Assembly: GCF_018420025.1 (NCBI RefSeq)
Contig: NZ_JAEDAM010000005.1
Location: forward strand, 1-26,300
Origin: Candidatus Vampirococcus lugosii
GTDB taxonomy: Bacteria > Patescibacteriota > Gracilibacteria > Absconditabacterales > Absconditicoccaceae
Reading direction: 5' to 3'
DNA length: 26,300 nt
The position numbers and the translations under genes were made by a program. Numbering within the stretch: position 1 is the stretch's first letter; every line of letters begins with the position of its first letter. The notes below the pieces were generated by a model. The model did not search any database and had not been told where the DNA came from. It saw nothing but the letters and a program-made list of their open reading frames with translations. Shown here one piece after another: positions 10,111 to 19,628 of this stretch.

Positions 10111-10402
10111 ATTTGAAATAATAGAAGATTTATTGCAAGAAGTATATGATCCAGATTTTCCTGCTATAGATATATATAATTTATGACTTATTCGTGATAT
10201 AAAAATAGAAGAAAATTATATACAAATAATAATGACACTTACAACTCCTGCATGTCCTTCAGCAGATTTAATTATGAATTTAGTAGAACAAGCTATAAAT
10301 GATGAATACCCAAAAGATAAAGTAGAAGTAGAATTAACATTTGATCCACTTTGGTCACCAGATATGATTAAAGATGAAGATTTAAAAAGAATGTTTGAAT
10401 AA
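10103..10402 (+). CDS. DUF59/MIP18-family Fe-S cluster assembly protein (SufT/PaaD-like), 99 aa
   Basis: Translation: MNKFEIIEDLLQEVYDPDFPAIDIYNLGLIRDIKIEENYIQIIMTLTTPACPSADLIMNLVEQAI...FDPLWSPDMI. The V.DPE.p.di..LGLi and T.T.p.CP motifs are diagnostic of DUF59. Confidence 0.85.
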
Positions 10403-10431
10403 AAAATTTTAAATTAAAATTATCAATATTT

Positions 10432-11103
10432 ATGGACAAAAAACAAATAGATAAATCTATATGATTAATACAATGATATTATAAATTTTTATATTTATGA
10501 TTATTTTTGGAAAATATAATAAAAGAAAATGATATTAGTCAATTTGCAAAAGATATAAATATAAAAACTTGAACAAAAACTAGTTTTAAACTAAACGAAA
10601 AAACTATTCAAAAATTATTAAAAGAAATTTATAATAATCCTGATAAACAAAATATATTTTGATATTTTACTGAATTAACAATGTTTAGATGAATTTCATC
10701 AACTATGAAAGAATTATTGGATAACAACAACGAATTTAAATATTTTATAAAAGAAAGACTTTGAAATAACTATTTTCATTTTGATCAAATAATAAGATTT
10801 ATAAGAAATGTACTTTCTCATAATATAGATACAAATATACTTATCAAAACTGAAGATTATGAAAGTCAAAAAATATATTTATTGTACAATCAATGACCAT
10901 TAATTAATTTTGATTTTAAATATAAAAAAAGTTTTGATAAATACCGAAAATGAAATAAAGATTATTGATTAAAAATAAAAATTAATTTCAAAAAACTCTC
11001 TCATAATGATAAATTCTTTAATATAATATCTATACATGATTTATTTATGATTTCAGAATTATGTTATAATATGATAGAAATATATAAATATGAATATAAA
11101 TAA
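10432..11103 (+). CDS. Hypothetical protein with HEPN-like R-N-x3-H motif (Abi-like), 223 aa
   Basis: ATG at 10432, TAA at 11101-11103, open with TGA=Gly. The central segment is FDQIIRFIRNVLSHNIDTN (RNVLSH = Rx4H). The rest is helical and lysine-rich. Confidence 0.6.
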
Positions 11104-11200
11104 AAATAAGTCAAATAATTTATATACAAAAATATTAGTTGAATTTCTTTTTTTAATTTATAATATATGGAATATCTTTTATATTTATAATATATAATTT

Positions 11201-11677
11201 ATGTTTAAATTGGTTTTATGAAATTTAATAAAGGTTATTAAATCACCTTTTCCTATGTTTTTATGAATTATTGCTTGAATTACAATATACTTTGTAATTA
11301 ATCATTTTATGGATTATATGCATATATTGGGAAATCAATGATTGCTTTATGCAAATATTGAATATTATTGAAATTATGTAATAGCAGTATTATTTGGGTT
11401 AATTTTTGCTTCAAGTTCTTATAAAATATTTTATTTTGGTTCATTTAATGCAAAAGAAAATAGTTCAAGTATATTATGAAGTTTCTTAAGTCTTATATCA
11501 ATATGATGTCCAGCTTGTTGAATTACTATCGCTTCATATATTTGACTATCATGATTAATATTATCTCTTCCATACTCTTGAATTGAATTGAAAATATTAT
11601 GAATATTAATTATGTTAATATCATTATTTTTTACATTAAAAAATCTAGAAGTTTGCAAAATGAAGAAAAAGAAATAA
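11201..11677 (+). CDS. Membrane protein with intramembrane CPAC (CxxC) motif, 158 aa
   Basis: ATG at 11201, TAA at 11675-11677. It has four hydrophobic segments, with SLISIGCPACGITIASYIGL in the third. The antisense standard-code ORF 11431-11658 is an artefact. Confidence 0.7.
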
Positions 11678-11725
11678 TTTTTAATACTAAAATTTTTGGC
11701 ATTAAATTATGACTTGTAAATTTTT

Positions 11726-11760
11726 GATAACAATCAAGATAAAGATTGTTATTTTTTTAT
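11726..11760. terminator. Hairpin terminator shared by convergent genes
   Basis: 9-bp stem (ataacaatc 11727-11735 / gattgttat 11744-11752) followed by T7. It lies 50 nt after the + strand stop at 11677 and overlaps the minus-strand stop codon at 11749-11751. Confidence 0.55.
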
Positions 11761-12705
11761 AAATTCTTCATATAAAATATATAATATAGCAAAACTTAAA
11801 TACATATCTGCAAAATTAAATATCGGGAAATCTAATATAGAAATAAAATCCCTTACTCCACCAAGATAAAGTCTATCAATTAAATTTCATATAGTACCAG
11901 CAAATAAAAGAACAAAAATAAAACTAGAAATCCAATTTTTTTTAAGTAAAAATATAAAAAATATTGTACTAAAAAAAGTTAAAAAATAAACTATACTATA
12001 ATTAACGGATATTCACCAAGATATTCATTCATTAAATGCTTGTTTTATGAAAGGCAAAAATTGAAAATATCACAAATCATAAAAAATATATTTTGTAAAT
12101 AAATCTAAAATTACCAATAAAAAAATAAATATAATACTATAACAAATAGGAATATATTCTATTTTTCTTTTAATATACAAATAAATTTCTTTAATAGATT
12201 TCAATTTTCATATTTTTTTTAAATCGTCTATATCTAAATATTTTTGATTTTTTAGCCATTGGGAAAATGATCTCATATTTTTTCAAGTAAAATCTCATAT
12301 AGTTCATCTTTCAAAATCTATAATATTAATATTATTTTTTTTATCTACCAAAATATTTGAAAAAGGTCTTATCATTTCACCATGAATTACTCATAATTTA
12401 TCCAAAATATAAATTTTTTGCAATAAAGATTTAATTAATTTCTTTTTCTTAAAATTAGTTGATTTATCAAATATTTTATCAAAAGACTCCCCTTCAATAT
12501 ATTGATATTCAAAATAATTTTCTCAAATAGATTCTATTTGTGGAACAAATTTTATTCAATTATTATTTAATTTCTTTATTATATCTATTTCTTTTAATAT
12601 ACTTGCTTTTTTAGTTTGATCTAAAGCAATTTTTTTTGCAATTTTTTTATTTCATTTTTCATAAATATAAACTTCTCATCTTCGTCATTGTCATATTTTT
12701 TCCAT
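11749..12705 (-). CDS. lspA: Fusion protein: atypical small protein-kinase-like domain (Bud32/RIO/COG2112-like) + lipoprotein signal peptidase II, 318 aa
   Basis: A single uninterrupted frame runs from ATG 12705 to TAA 11749-11751 (957 nt). N-terminal half: MEKIGQGRRGEVYIYEKGNKKIAKKI...GVIHGEMIRPFSNILVDKKNNINIIDFERG. C-terminal half: ..IIFIFLLVILDLFTKYIF...GTIGNLIDRLYLGGVRDFISILDFPIFNFADMYL (the LspA motifs GN.iDR and FN.AD). Confidence 0.8.
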
Positions 12706-13029
12706 ATTTTATATAATTTATAATATATAATAAATAATTTGTTATAATTAATTAGTACAAATTTTGCAAGTAAATTTTATAACTAAATTAGATATAAAAG
12801 CTAGATGATTTAAAAATTAAAAATATTTCAAAAATATTATTTATATTAGATTATGAAAATTAAATTTATCTTCTATTAATCCTCTTTTATTAAGTTTACT
12901 TACTCAATTTATTGAAGAACCTTTTAATGACAATTTAAGATTGTAGGCACAATTAGAAGAATTTGCTATTGAAAATAATTATTAAATGATTATATTGTAC
13001 AAGCTAATTTGTTTTATTAAAATATAAAT

Positions 13030-13230
13030 ATGAGTAAAAAACTTTTTACAGATAGTGAATCTTGTATATGATGTTGAGTATGTGTAGCTATTGCTCCAGA
13101 ATTTTTTGATTTTAATAAAAATTGAAAAGCATTTACTACTAATCAACCTGAAAATAAAGAACAATGGGATGAAGTAAAGAATGCATGTGATTCTTGTCCA
13201 GTTTCTGTTATTCATATTTCAAATGATTAA
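13030..13230 (+). CDS. Small ferredoxin, 66 aa
   Basis: Translation: MSKKLFTDSESCIGCGVCVAIAPEFFDFNKNGKAF...VKNACDSCPVSVIHISND*. It shows the C-x2-C-x2-C ... C-P cluster-binding pattern, with the first G of CIGCG encoded by TGA. Confidence 0.85.
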
Positions 13231-13330
13231 TAAAATTATATTAATATTTGATATATTAAAAAGTTTTTTATTATTAATAATAAAACTAATTTAAAGTTTA
13301 ATAAAGTTTTAAATCAATAAATAAAATATT

Positions 13331-13795
13331 ATGAGCGAAAGAACACTGATTATTCTTAAACCTGATACAGTTACTAGATGATTGTTAGGTAAAGTTATTT
13401 CAAGATTTGAAGAAAAATGATTGAAATTAGTATGATGTAAAATGATTGAATTAAATAATGAAGTTTTGGAAAAACATTATGATCATCTAAAAGATAAACC
13501 ATTTTTTCCTTCAATAGTTTCATATATGACATCATCTCCAGTTTTGGTACAAGCTTGGGAATGAGTTGAAGCAGTTGATGTTGTGAGACTTATGATAGGT
13601 GTTACAAATTCAAGACAAGCACAACCTTGAACTGTAAGATGAGATTTTGCTATGAGTATAGGTAGAAATATAGTTCATGCATCAGAAGATATTGATGCGG
13701 CAAAAGTTGAGTTAGAAAGATTTTTTGATCAAAATGAATTATATTCTTATACTAGAGCAGATGAAGATAAAATTTATGAAGATGATGAAAAATAA
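13331..13795 (+). CDS. ndk: Nucleoside diphosphate kinase, 154 aa
   Basis: Translation: [38 protein letters not shown]...[35 protein letters not shown]...PGTVRGDFA...RNIVHASED. Confidence 0.95.
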
Positions 13796-13822
13796 TTTAT
13801 ATAAATAAATATTATTAAATAG

Positions 13823-14050
13823 ATGCAAAAAGAAATACACCCTATGTACAACAAAGAAGTAGAAGTTCAATGTATTTGTTGAAATAAATTTAATATCAAT
13901 AGTGTATCAAAATGACCTATAAAGGTTGAATCTTGTCCAGCTTGCCACCCTACTTATACTGGTAAACAAGAAACAAGAGTTGTTAAAGGTAGGATGGAAA
14001 AGTTTTTGGAAAAGAAAAAAAGAATGGAAAGTATAAAATCTAAAAAATAG
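13823..14050 (+). CDS. rpmE: 50S ribosomal protein L31, 75 aa
   Basis: Translation: MQKEIHPMYNKEVEVQCICGNKFNI...VESCPACHPTYTGKQ. It ends in TAG (14048-14050), one of only two TAG stops I see. Confidence 0.9.
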
Positions 14051-14065
14051 TAAAATAATTATAAA

Positions 14066-14671
14066 ATGTTCTTAAAAGAAAAAGTAATACTTAATACTTT
14101 ATGAGATGTTAATATTAAATATATCATATGACATGATATATTTAGTTATATGAAAATGTTAATAAAATACTTTTTTTTTATTATAATTATTTTGTTTTCA
14201 TATCGTTTTATTAATGATTATTTTGTTATAGATTTATCTTTTGTGTTTTGATCTATAGGTTTATTGATTTATTGAATGTATATAGTAAGTTTTTTGGATA
14301 TTTATTTGGATAGTGTAGTATTGACAGATAAATGAATATATATATATGTACGAGATTGATTTTTGGATCAAAATACTGAATATATATCATGGAATTCTAT
14401 ACAAAGTGTATATGATGAACAAAATTGAATTTTAGATCTTGTTTTTAACAAGTGAAATATTAAAATAAAAAGACAAGATGAAATATATATATTTAATAAT
14501 GTTGATAAACCTTGAGATGTTACTAACAAAATAATATCTATAAAAGATGATATTTTAACAAAAAATGCTCAAGAAGAACAGGAAGAAGAGGAAGAAAATC
14601 CTAACAATTTTGATACTCTTGTAGAAACTCTTTGAGAAGTTATTTCACAACATGTTAGTAAAAAAAAATAA
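14066..14671 (+). CDS. Membrane protein with bacterial PH (bPH_2/YdbT-like) domain, 201 aa
   Basis: Two N-terminal TM helices are followed by VVLTDKGIYIYVRDGFLDQNTEYISWNSIQSVYDEQNGILDLVFNKGNIKIKRQDEIYIFNNVDKP. The C-terminus has an acidic stretch (QEEQEEEEEN). Confidence 0.7.
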
Positions 14672-14700
14672 TTTTTTATTGATTGTGTTTTATTTAAAGT

Positions 14701-14752
14701 GTGCTTAGTGCATTGAATATTTGAATTCTAAGCACTTAAGTGCTTTTTTTTA
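14701..14752 (+). terminator. Terminator region with two overlapping alternative hairpins
   Basis: Hairpin A is gtgcttag 14701-14708 / ctaagcac 14728-14735. Hairpin B is agcac 14731-14735 / gtgct 14741-14745, followed by a T-run. The two share 14731-14735. Confidence 0.55.
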
Positions 14753-14776
14753 TTTTTAATAGATAATTTTTAAATA

Positions 14777-15574
14777 ATGAATCCTATAGTTCTTATAGTA
14801 CATGATATAATATATCGTCCTATATTTAATTTACTAATACTATTTTTGGCAATATTTGATTTAAATTTATGAATATCAATTATACTTTTGACAATTGTTA
14901 TTAGATTAATTCTTCTGAAACCTGCACTTGCATGAAATGAAATGCAAAAACAAATGACTGATCTGCAACCAAAACTTAAAGAAATACAAGAAAAATATAA
15001 AGATGATCAACAAAAAATGGCTGATGAAACTATGAAAATTTTGAAAACAAAATGAGCTTGACCACTTAAATGATGTTTAATGCTTTTAATTCAAATGCCA
15101 GTTTTTATATGATTATTTTTTGTTGTAAGAACACTTTCAGAAACAGAATGAATAATTGATATGTCAAGTTTATATAGTTTCTTGGAATTATTAAATTTGT
15201 GATGATTAGAAATAAGTCAAGTAAATACACAATTTCTTTGATTAGAGTTATTGAATTCTTGAGAAATTATTTTATCATTGATAGCATGAATATTAATTTT
15301 TACTCAAATGAAATTAGCAACTTTAAATAGACAAGCACCAACTATACCAAATATACCATGAGCATGAGCAAATATTCCAGATTTAAATAAAGTTATGAAG
15401 TTTATGAATATATTTTTGGCTTTAATTATGATGAGTTTCGTTTATAGTATGCCTTCTTGAATATGATTATATATTGTTACTACTACTACATTTAGTATAA
15501 TACAATTTACAATTCAATATAAAGAAATTATAAAAATTAAATTAAAATCATTAACTCAAAAAACTAAAAATTAA
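14777..15574 (+). CDS. yidC: Membrane protein insertase YidC/Oxa1 family (short form), 265 aa
   Basis: Translation: ..LGISIILLTIVIRLILLKPALAGNEMQKQMTDLQPKLKEIQEKYKDDQQKMADETMKILKTKGAGPLKGCLMLLIQMPVFIGLF...SMPSGIGLYIVTTTTFSIIQ. Confidence 0.9.
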
Positions 15575-15582
15575 ATTTAAAA

Positions 15583-15615
15583 ACAAAAAAGCTTGGCTAT
15601 GCCAAGCTTTTTTGT
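15583..15615. terminator. Strong rho-independent terminator after yidC
   Basis: GC-containing stem (gcttggc 15591-15597 / gccaagc 15601-15607) with a 3-nt loop. It is extended by an A6/T6 pairing and followed by a T-rich tail. Confidence 0.8.
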
Positions 15616-15848
15616 TTTTGTATAATTATACTCAAGTATCTATCATTTTGTTTTTGTTTAGATATCTAAAAGCCCTTTTTTGTTTTTGTTTTTATAAGGG
15701 TATATATAATATATATATTTTAGATAAAAAGTCAATAAAAAATTAATAAAAAATATTAAAAGTAATATATAAATAAGTATAAAATAAAATGATATTTTAT
15801 ATAATATTGAAGTAAAATAATTCAATTTACTACTACAAAATTAATTAC

Positions 15849-15880
15849 AAAAAAAGCACTGACCAAATACAGCCAGTGCT
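15849..15880 (-). terminator. Terminator of the minus-strand small gene
   Basis: 7-bp stem (agcactg 15855-15861 / cagtgct 15874-15880). The A7 run at 15849-15855 reads as T7 on the minus strand. It lies 24 nt after the stop at 15904. Confidence 0.6.
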
Positions 15881-15903
15881 TAAATTTATATCAAGTCTAC
15901 TTA

Positions 15904-16104
15904 TTAGTCATCTTCAAGTCTATAAAGTGCAAAAGACACAAAAATCCAAATAAGGAAAAAAAACAAAGAATAACTTGGATCAGCATCTACATATACACCA
16001 GTTTGTAAAAACTTAATATAACTCTGTATACTATGAAGTAATGGGAACCCCAAGATCCATATAACAAATGGTAAATTATTCATGATAATAAACTCCTGTA
16101 CCAT
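15904..16104 (-). CDS. Small two-helix membrane protein, 66 aa (or 59 aa from the internal ATG at 16083)
   Basis: This ORF is intact even in the standard code: MVQEFIIMNNLPFVIWILGFPLLHSIQSYIKFLQTGVYVDADPSYSLFFFLIWIFVSFALYRLEDD*. It does not extend upstream (stop at 16129-16131) and has its own terminator. AGGAG (16093-16097, minus strand) lies 9 nt before the internal ATG. Confidence 0.5.
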   Translation of the reverse strand: MVQEFIIMNNLPFVIWILGFPLLHSIQSYIKFLQTGVYVDADPSYSLFFFLIWIFVSFALYRLEDD

Positions 16105-16260
16105 TAAGGTACTTGTTGGTGAATGATTTTATGTTGTGAAAAATAGTAATAATAATTTAAATCAATTTCAGTATAACCAAAATATATTTTCAAAATCACA
16201 ACAATAGCAATATAATCAAAATTAGTTTAAAGTCAACACCTTTTATTATATTTTTTACTT

Positions 16261-17622
16261 TTATATATTTTCTTTAATTTTACTATGTAAATCTCAAGCA
16301 CTAAAAACTATTAATATATCATTTTTTTGATAAGTATCCAAATATTCCTTTATTTTTTCTGTATAAAATCAATTTATTTGTTTAGCAAAAACTGTTGATA
16401 AATCTTTTGTACAATTAATTTTTATTCATTTCTTTTTTCAATAAGATATTATTTCAGCTTCATTTTCTCTTGCTGTATAAGTTTTATATACTATACAATT
16501 TTTATCTTTTAGTATATTTTTAAATTCTTCCCAAAATTGTATTAATCTTTTGGATTGATGTCATTGAAAAATAATTTTTATATTTTTGTTATTAAATTTA
16601 TTTTGAAATCATTCTATAGTAGTATTTAATTCATTTGGATGATGTCCATAGTCCAAATATATTTTTGCTCAATTTTTATTTTCTCAAATATATTCAGCTC
16701 TCCTTCATATTCATCAAAATTTTTGTAAATACTGTATTATTTCTTTTTTATCTTTTGAAGTAATATATGAAATTATATTTGTAGATAAATTTCAATTTTT
16801 TTGATTATGTTCTCATCGTATATTTTCAAAATTAATTAAATTTTCTTCTATATTTGTTCATTTATTATTTATTTTTTCTTGATCAAATTCGTTTGACAAA
16901 AATATTTTATCATTTACTTTTTTTGTAAAATCTTCAAATATTTTGTAATATAATTCTTGTGTTTTGAATACATCTACATGATCCAATTCTATATTTGTAA
17001 TTCATGCAATATAAGTATCCAAATACAAAAAATGTTCATTAAATTCATCAGCTTCTACAATCATATAAAATTTTTTTATTAGATTTTCATCTATATAAGT
17101 TTGTTTATTATTTGTAATATAATTAATAACTTGTCATAAGAAATCTTTATTTTGCTCTCCTATTACAAAACTTTCATTATCAAAATCATTTAAACTAGCT
17201 CATACTATTCATAATCCAAAATCATAACAAAACTTTTTCGCCAAGTATACACACATAGCTGTACTTGTGCTTTTCCCATGTGTTCAAGCTATACTAATAG
17301 TCTTGTAAAACTTACTAATTTCTCATAAAAATTCAAAATAAGAATAATTTTTATGATATTTTTTAAAATCAAATTCCATATTTTTGGAGTCAATCACTTC
17401 TTTGGTATTTTCGGCTGCATCAGAATATATTACAATATCTTCTTTTTGTATTTCATATTTTCAATGTCATATTATTGTTTTGATACCTTTATCAACAAGT
17501 TTTTTTGTGTTTTCACTGTCATATTTATCAATACAAATTAAATTTTGATATCAAAATTGAAAAAATAAATTTGCAATATTATTAAGTCAAGTTCATCAAG
17601 CTCAAACTATTATTATATTCAT
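16261..17622 (-). CDS. murC: UDP-N-acetylmuramate--L-alanine ligase, 453 aa
   Basis: ATG at 17622, TAA at 16261-16263, 1362 nt. Translation: MNIIIVGAGGTGLNNIANLFFQFGY..., ISIAGTHGKSTSTAM, VEADEFNEHFL, TNIELDHVD, GGIGRRAEYIGE, DYGHHPNE. The glycines in GAGGTG are TGA codons (17587-17607). Confidence 0.9.
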
Positions 17623-18533
17623 TAATTTATTAGTAAGAAATTAGTTATTAAAAATCATCATCATATTACCAAAACTCATATAAAAATATATATTATATTT
17701 CTTTTTAAATTTGTCAAAGTATTTTCATCATCAGGTTTTACCAACAATAAATATGTTTGAAATATTATTATTATTAATATAATAAATGCAGTAAATCATA
17801 AAATCCAGTTGATAATAGTTGTAATAAAACCTATATTTGTTTCACTTGGTAATATTGCTCATCATATTTCTCCAACTTCTCATGCACTATTAATAGAACT
17901 TTCTCATTCTCAGTATACTAATTGAACAATTTCACTAGCAAACAAAATAGTTAATATTCAAACTATATTTCGTACAAATATCATTCTTGCACTTTTTGCA
18001 GATTCATCTTGATTTGTAGTTAACATTTTGATACCCTGTATCAACAATATTACAAATAAAAATCATACTGCCAAATATGCAAATATTTTAATAAACGGAT
18101 AAGCAATATCATTATAAAGTTGACTTGCCAAATCTATTCATTTTATTTCTTCAAATTCTGTACCTGCTTCTCATATTACTGTATCAGTTATGAATAATGC
18201 AGATATCATTATTAATATTCATACCGTTCATCGCACCATAAAAGATATTCATTTTTTTTGCTCTTCTTCACTATCTTTACCAAACATTAATTTATAAAAT
18301 CAAAAAATTGCTACTATTATTCATACTAATATAAGTATAGGAATTATTATATCTTTTCATACATAAAATATAAGATCTCTAACTCATTCTATATTATAAT
18401 TAACTATTCAACGATCAGTAACATTTTGTAATTGTTTATTAGATTGATTAAGTTCACCGTCAAATCTTCCTTGTGCAAAAGTATTTGATATTAAAAATAA
18501 TGTTAACAATATTAAAATTATTATTTTTTTCAT
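17622..18533 (-). CDS. Secreted polytopic protein built of three TrbC/VirB2-type pilin-like helical-hairpin modules, 303 aa
   Basis: ATG at 18533, TAA at 17622-17624, overlapping the murC ATG (TAATG). Signal peptide: MKKIIILILLTLFLISNTFAQG. Three hairpins (TM, charged loop, TM) follow. Hairpin 1: IIIPILILVGIIVAIFGFYKLMFGKDSEEEQKKGISFMVRGTVGILIMISALFI. Hairpin 2: FIKIFAYLAVGFLFVILLIQGIKMLTTNQDESAKSARMIFVRNIVGILTILFA. Hairpin 3: IINWILGFTAFIILIIIIFQTYLLLVKPDDENTLTNLKRNIIYIFIGVLVIGGGFLI. Confidence 0.6.
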
Positions 18534-18535
18534 TT

Positions 18536-19597
18536 TTATTTTTTATTTTTATTTATAAAATCTGCTACAAGATTAATTAAATCTACTATTTCTTTAAATA
18601 TAGGAATATTGATAATCTTTTTTTTATATATCATATAAAGATATCTTATAATCACAAAAAAATATCATAAATATAATATATTGGATATAGAATTAAATTT
18701 AATTATAGTATTTATATAAATAATATTTGATAAAACTAAAGCAAAAACAAAAGCTATCAAATATTGTAAAAATATATCTTTGTATTTAATAATATTTTCT
18801 TTATCATATTTATCAATATTTAATATATATCAATATTCATTTTTATATTTTTCCAAATCTACAAAATATTCTTTTTTATTAGTATCAGTATCTTTAATTT
18901 TTTTGTAAAAAAATATTATCATAGATTTAATATAAGAAAATATTTCTTCTGGATTCGTATCATATAATTTATCTATTTTTTCTTTATATTTATCTGGTAT
19001 AATATCTATATTGAAAACTAAAGACACAGTTCTAACAAAAATTAATGACAAAAGAACTAATGATAAAGGTATATTTAATGTAATTATAGTAAATACAGCC
19101 CACAAATACCACCACAAAAAACTTTCTTTTACCCACCAATATTTATTTATATCAGGATTATTGTACCATATATGAAAATTATTTATAGGCAAGAAATAAA
19201 AAGCTATATCTATAGAATTTACATTTATTTTTTTATATTTGATATCAACAATATCAATTTTTGACTGAAATATTTGTTTATCTTGAAATATAAGAAAAAA
19301 TCATGCAATTATCATTAATACTGCAATTGTAGCAATTAAACTTGACAATCAAGTAAAAAAATAAACATATAAATTTATTGATATTGATACAATATAAATA
19401 ATTAATGAAAAAATTAATAATCATAAAATAATTAATCAATATCTAATATATCACATAATAAATTGTTTATCTTCATCAGATATATTATTATCATTTTTTC
19501 AATTTAGTAAAAAATATACTCAAGGAGCAAAGAATAATATTGAAACAAGACTATAAGTATGTTTATCTTCAAATTTAAAATCTTTATTTTCTTCCAT
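18536..19597 (-). CDS. Polytopic membrane protein of the T4SS-like operon (possible VirB6/TrbL-type channel component), 353 aa
   Basis: ATG at 19597, TAA at 18536-18538, only 2 nt before the next start. The standard-code ORF 18830-19192 is in the same frame. It has about seven hydrophobic segments and a Trp-rich stretch (HIWYNNPDINKYWWVKESFLWWYLW). The function is inferred from context only. Confidence 0.55.
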
Positions 19598-19628
19598 TAA
19601 ATATATTATTTTATTTTATATAAATATT

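Noticed and set aside
12850-12990. Short stop-interrupted reading frame (..PLLLSLLTQFIEEPFNDNLRL*AQLEEFAIENNY*) in the 324-bp spacer upstream of the ferredoxin gene
   Set aside because: It has no start codon after the upstream TAA, it is interrupted by TAG, and it is too short to evaluate. It may be a decayed gene remnant but cannot be supported.
16081-16104. Whether the 66-aa ORF really starts at 16104 or at the internal ATG at 16083, which is preceded by AGGAG
   Set aside because: This cannot be decided from sequence. The genome otherwise shows no SD usage, so the AGGAG may be coincidental. The longer ORF is reported and the alternative start is noted.
17622-18533. Initial call of this protein as VirB6/TrbL
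   Set aside because: The threefold repeated unit (helix, charged loop, helix) behind a signal peptide fits a triplicated VirB2/TrbC-type pilin hairpin better. The VirB6-like role is tentatively moved to the adjacent 353-aa polytopic protein. Both assignments remain low confidence.
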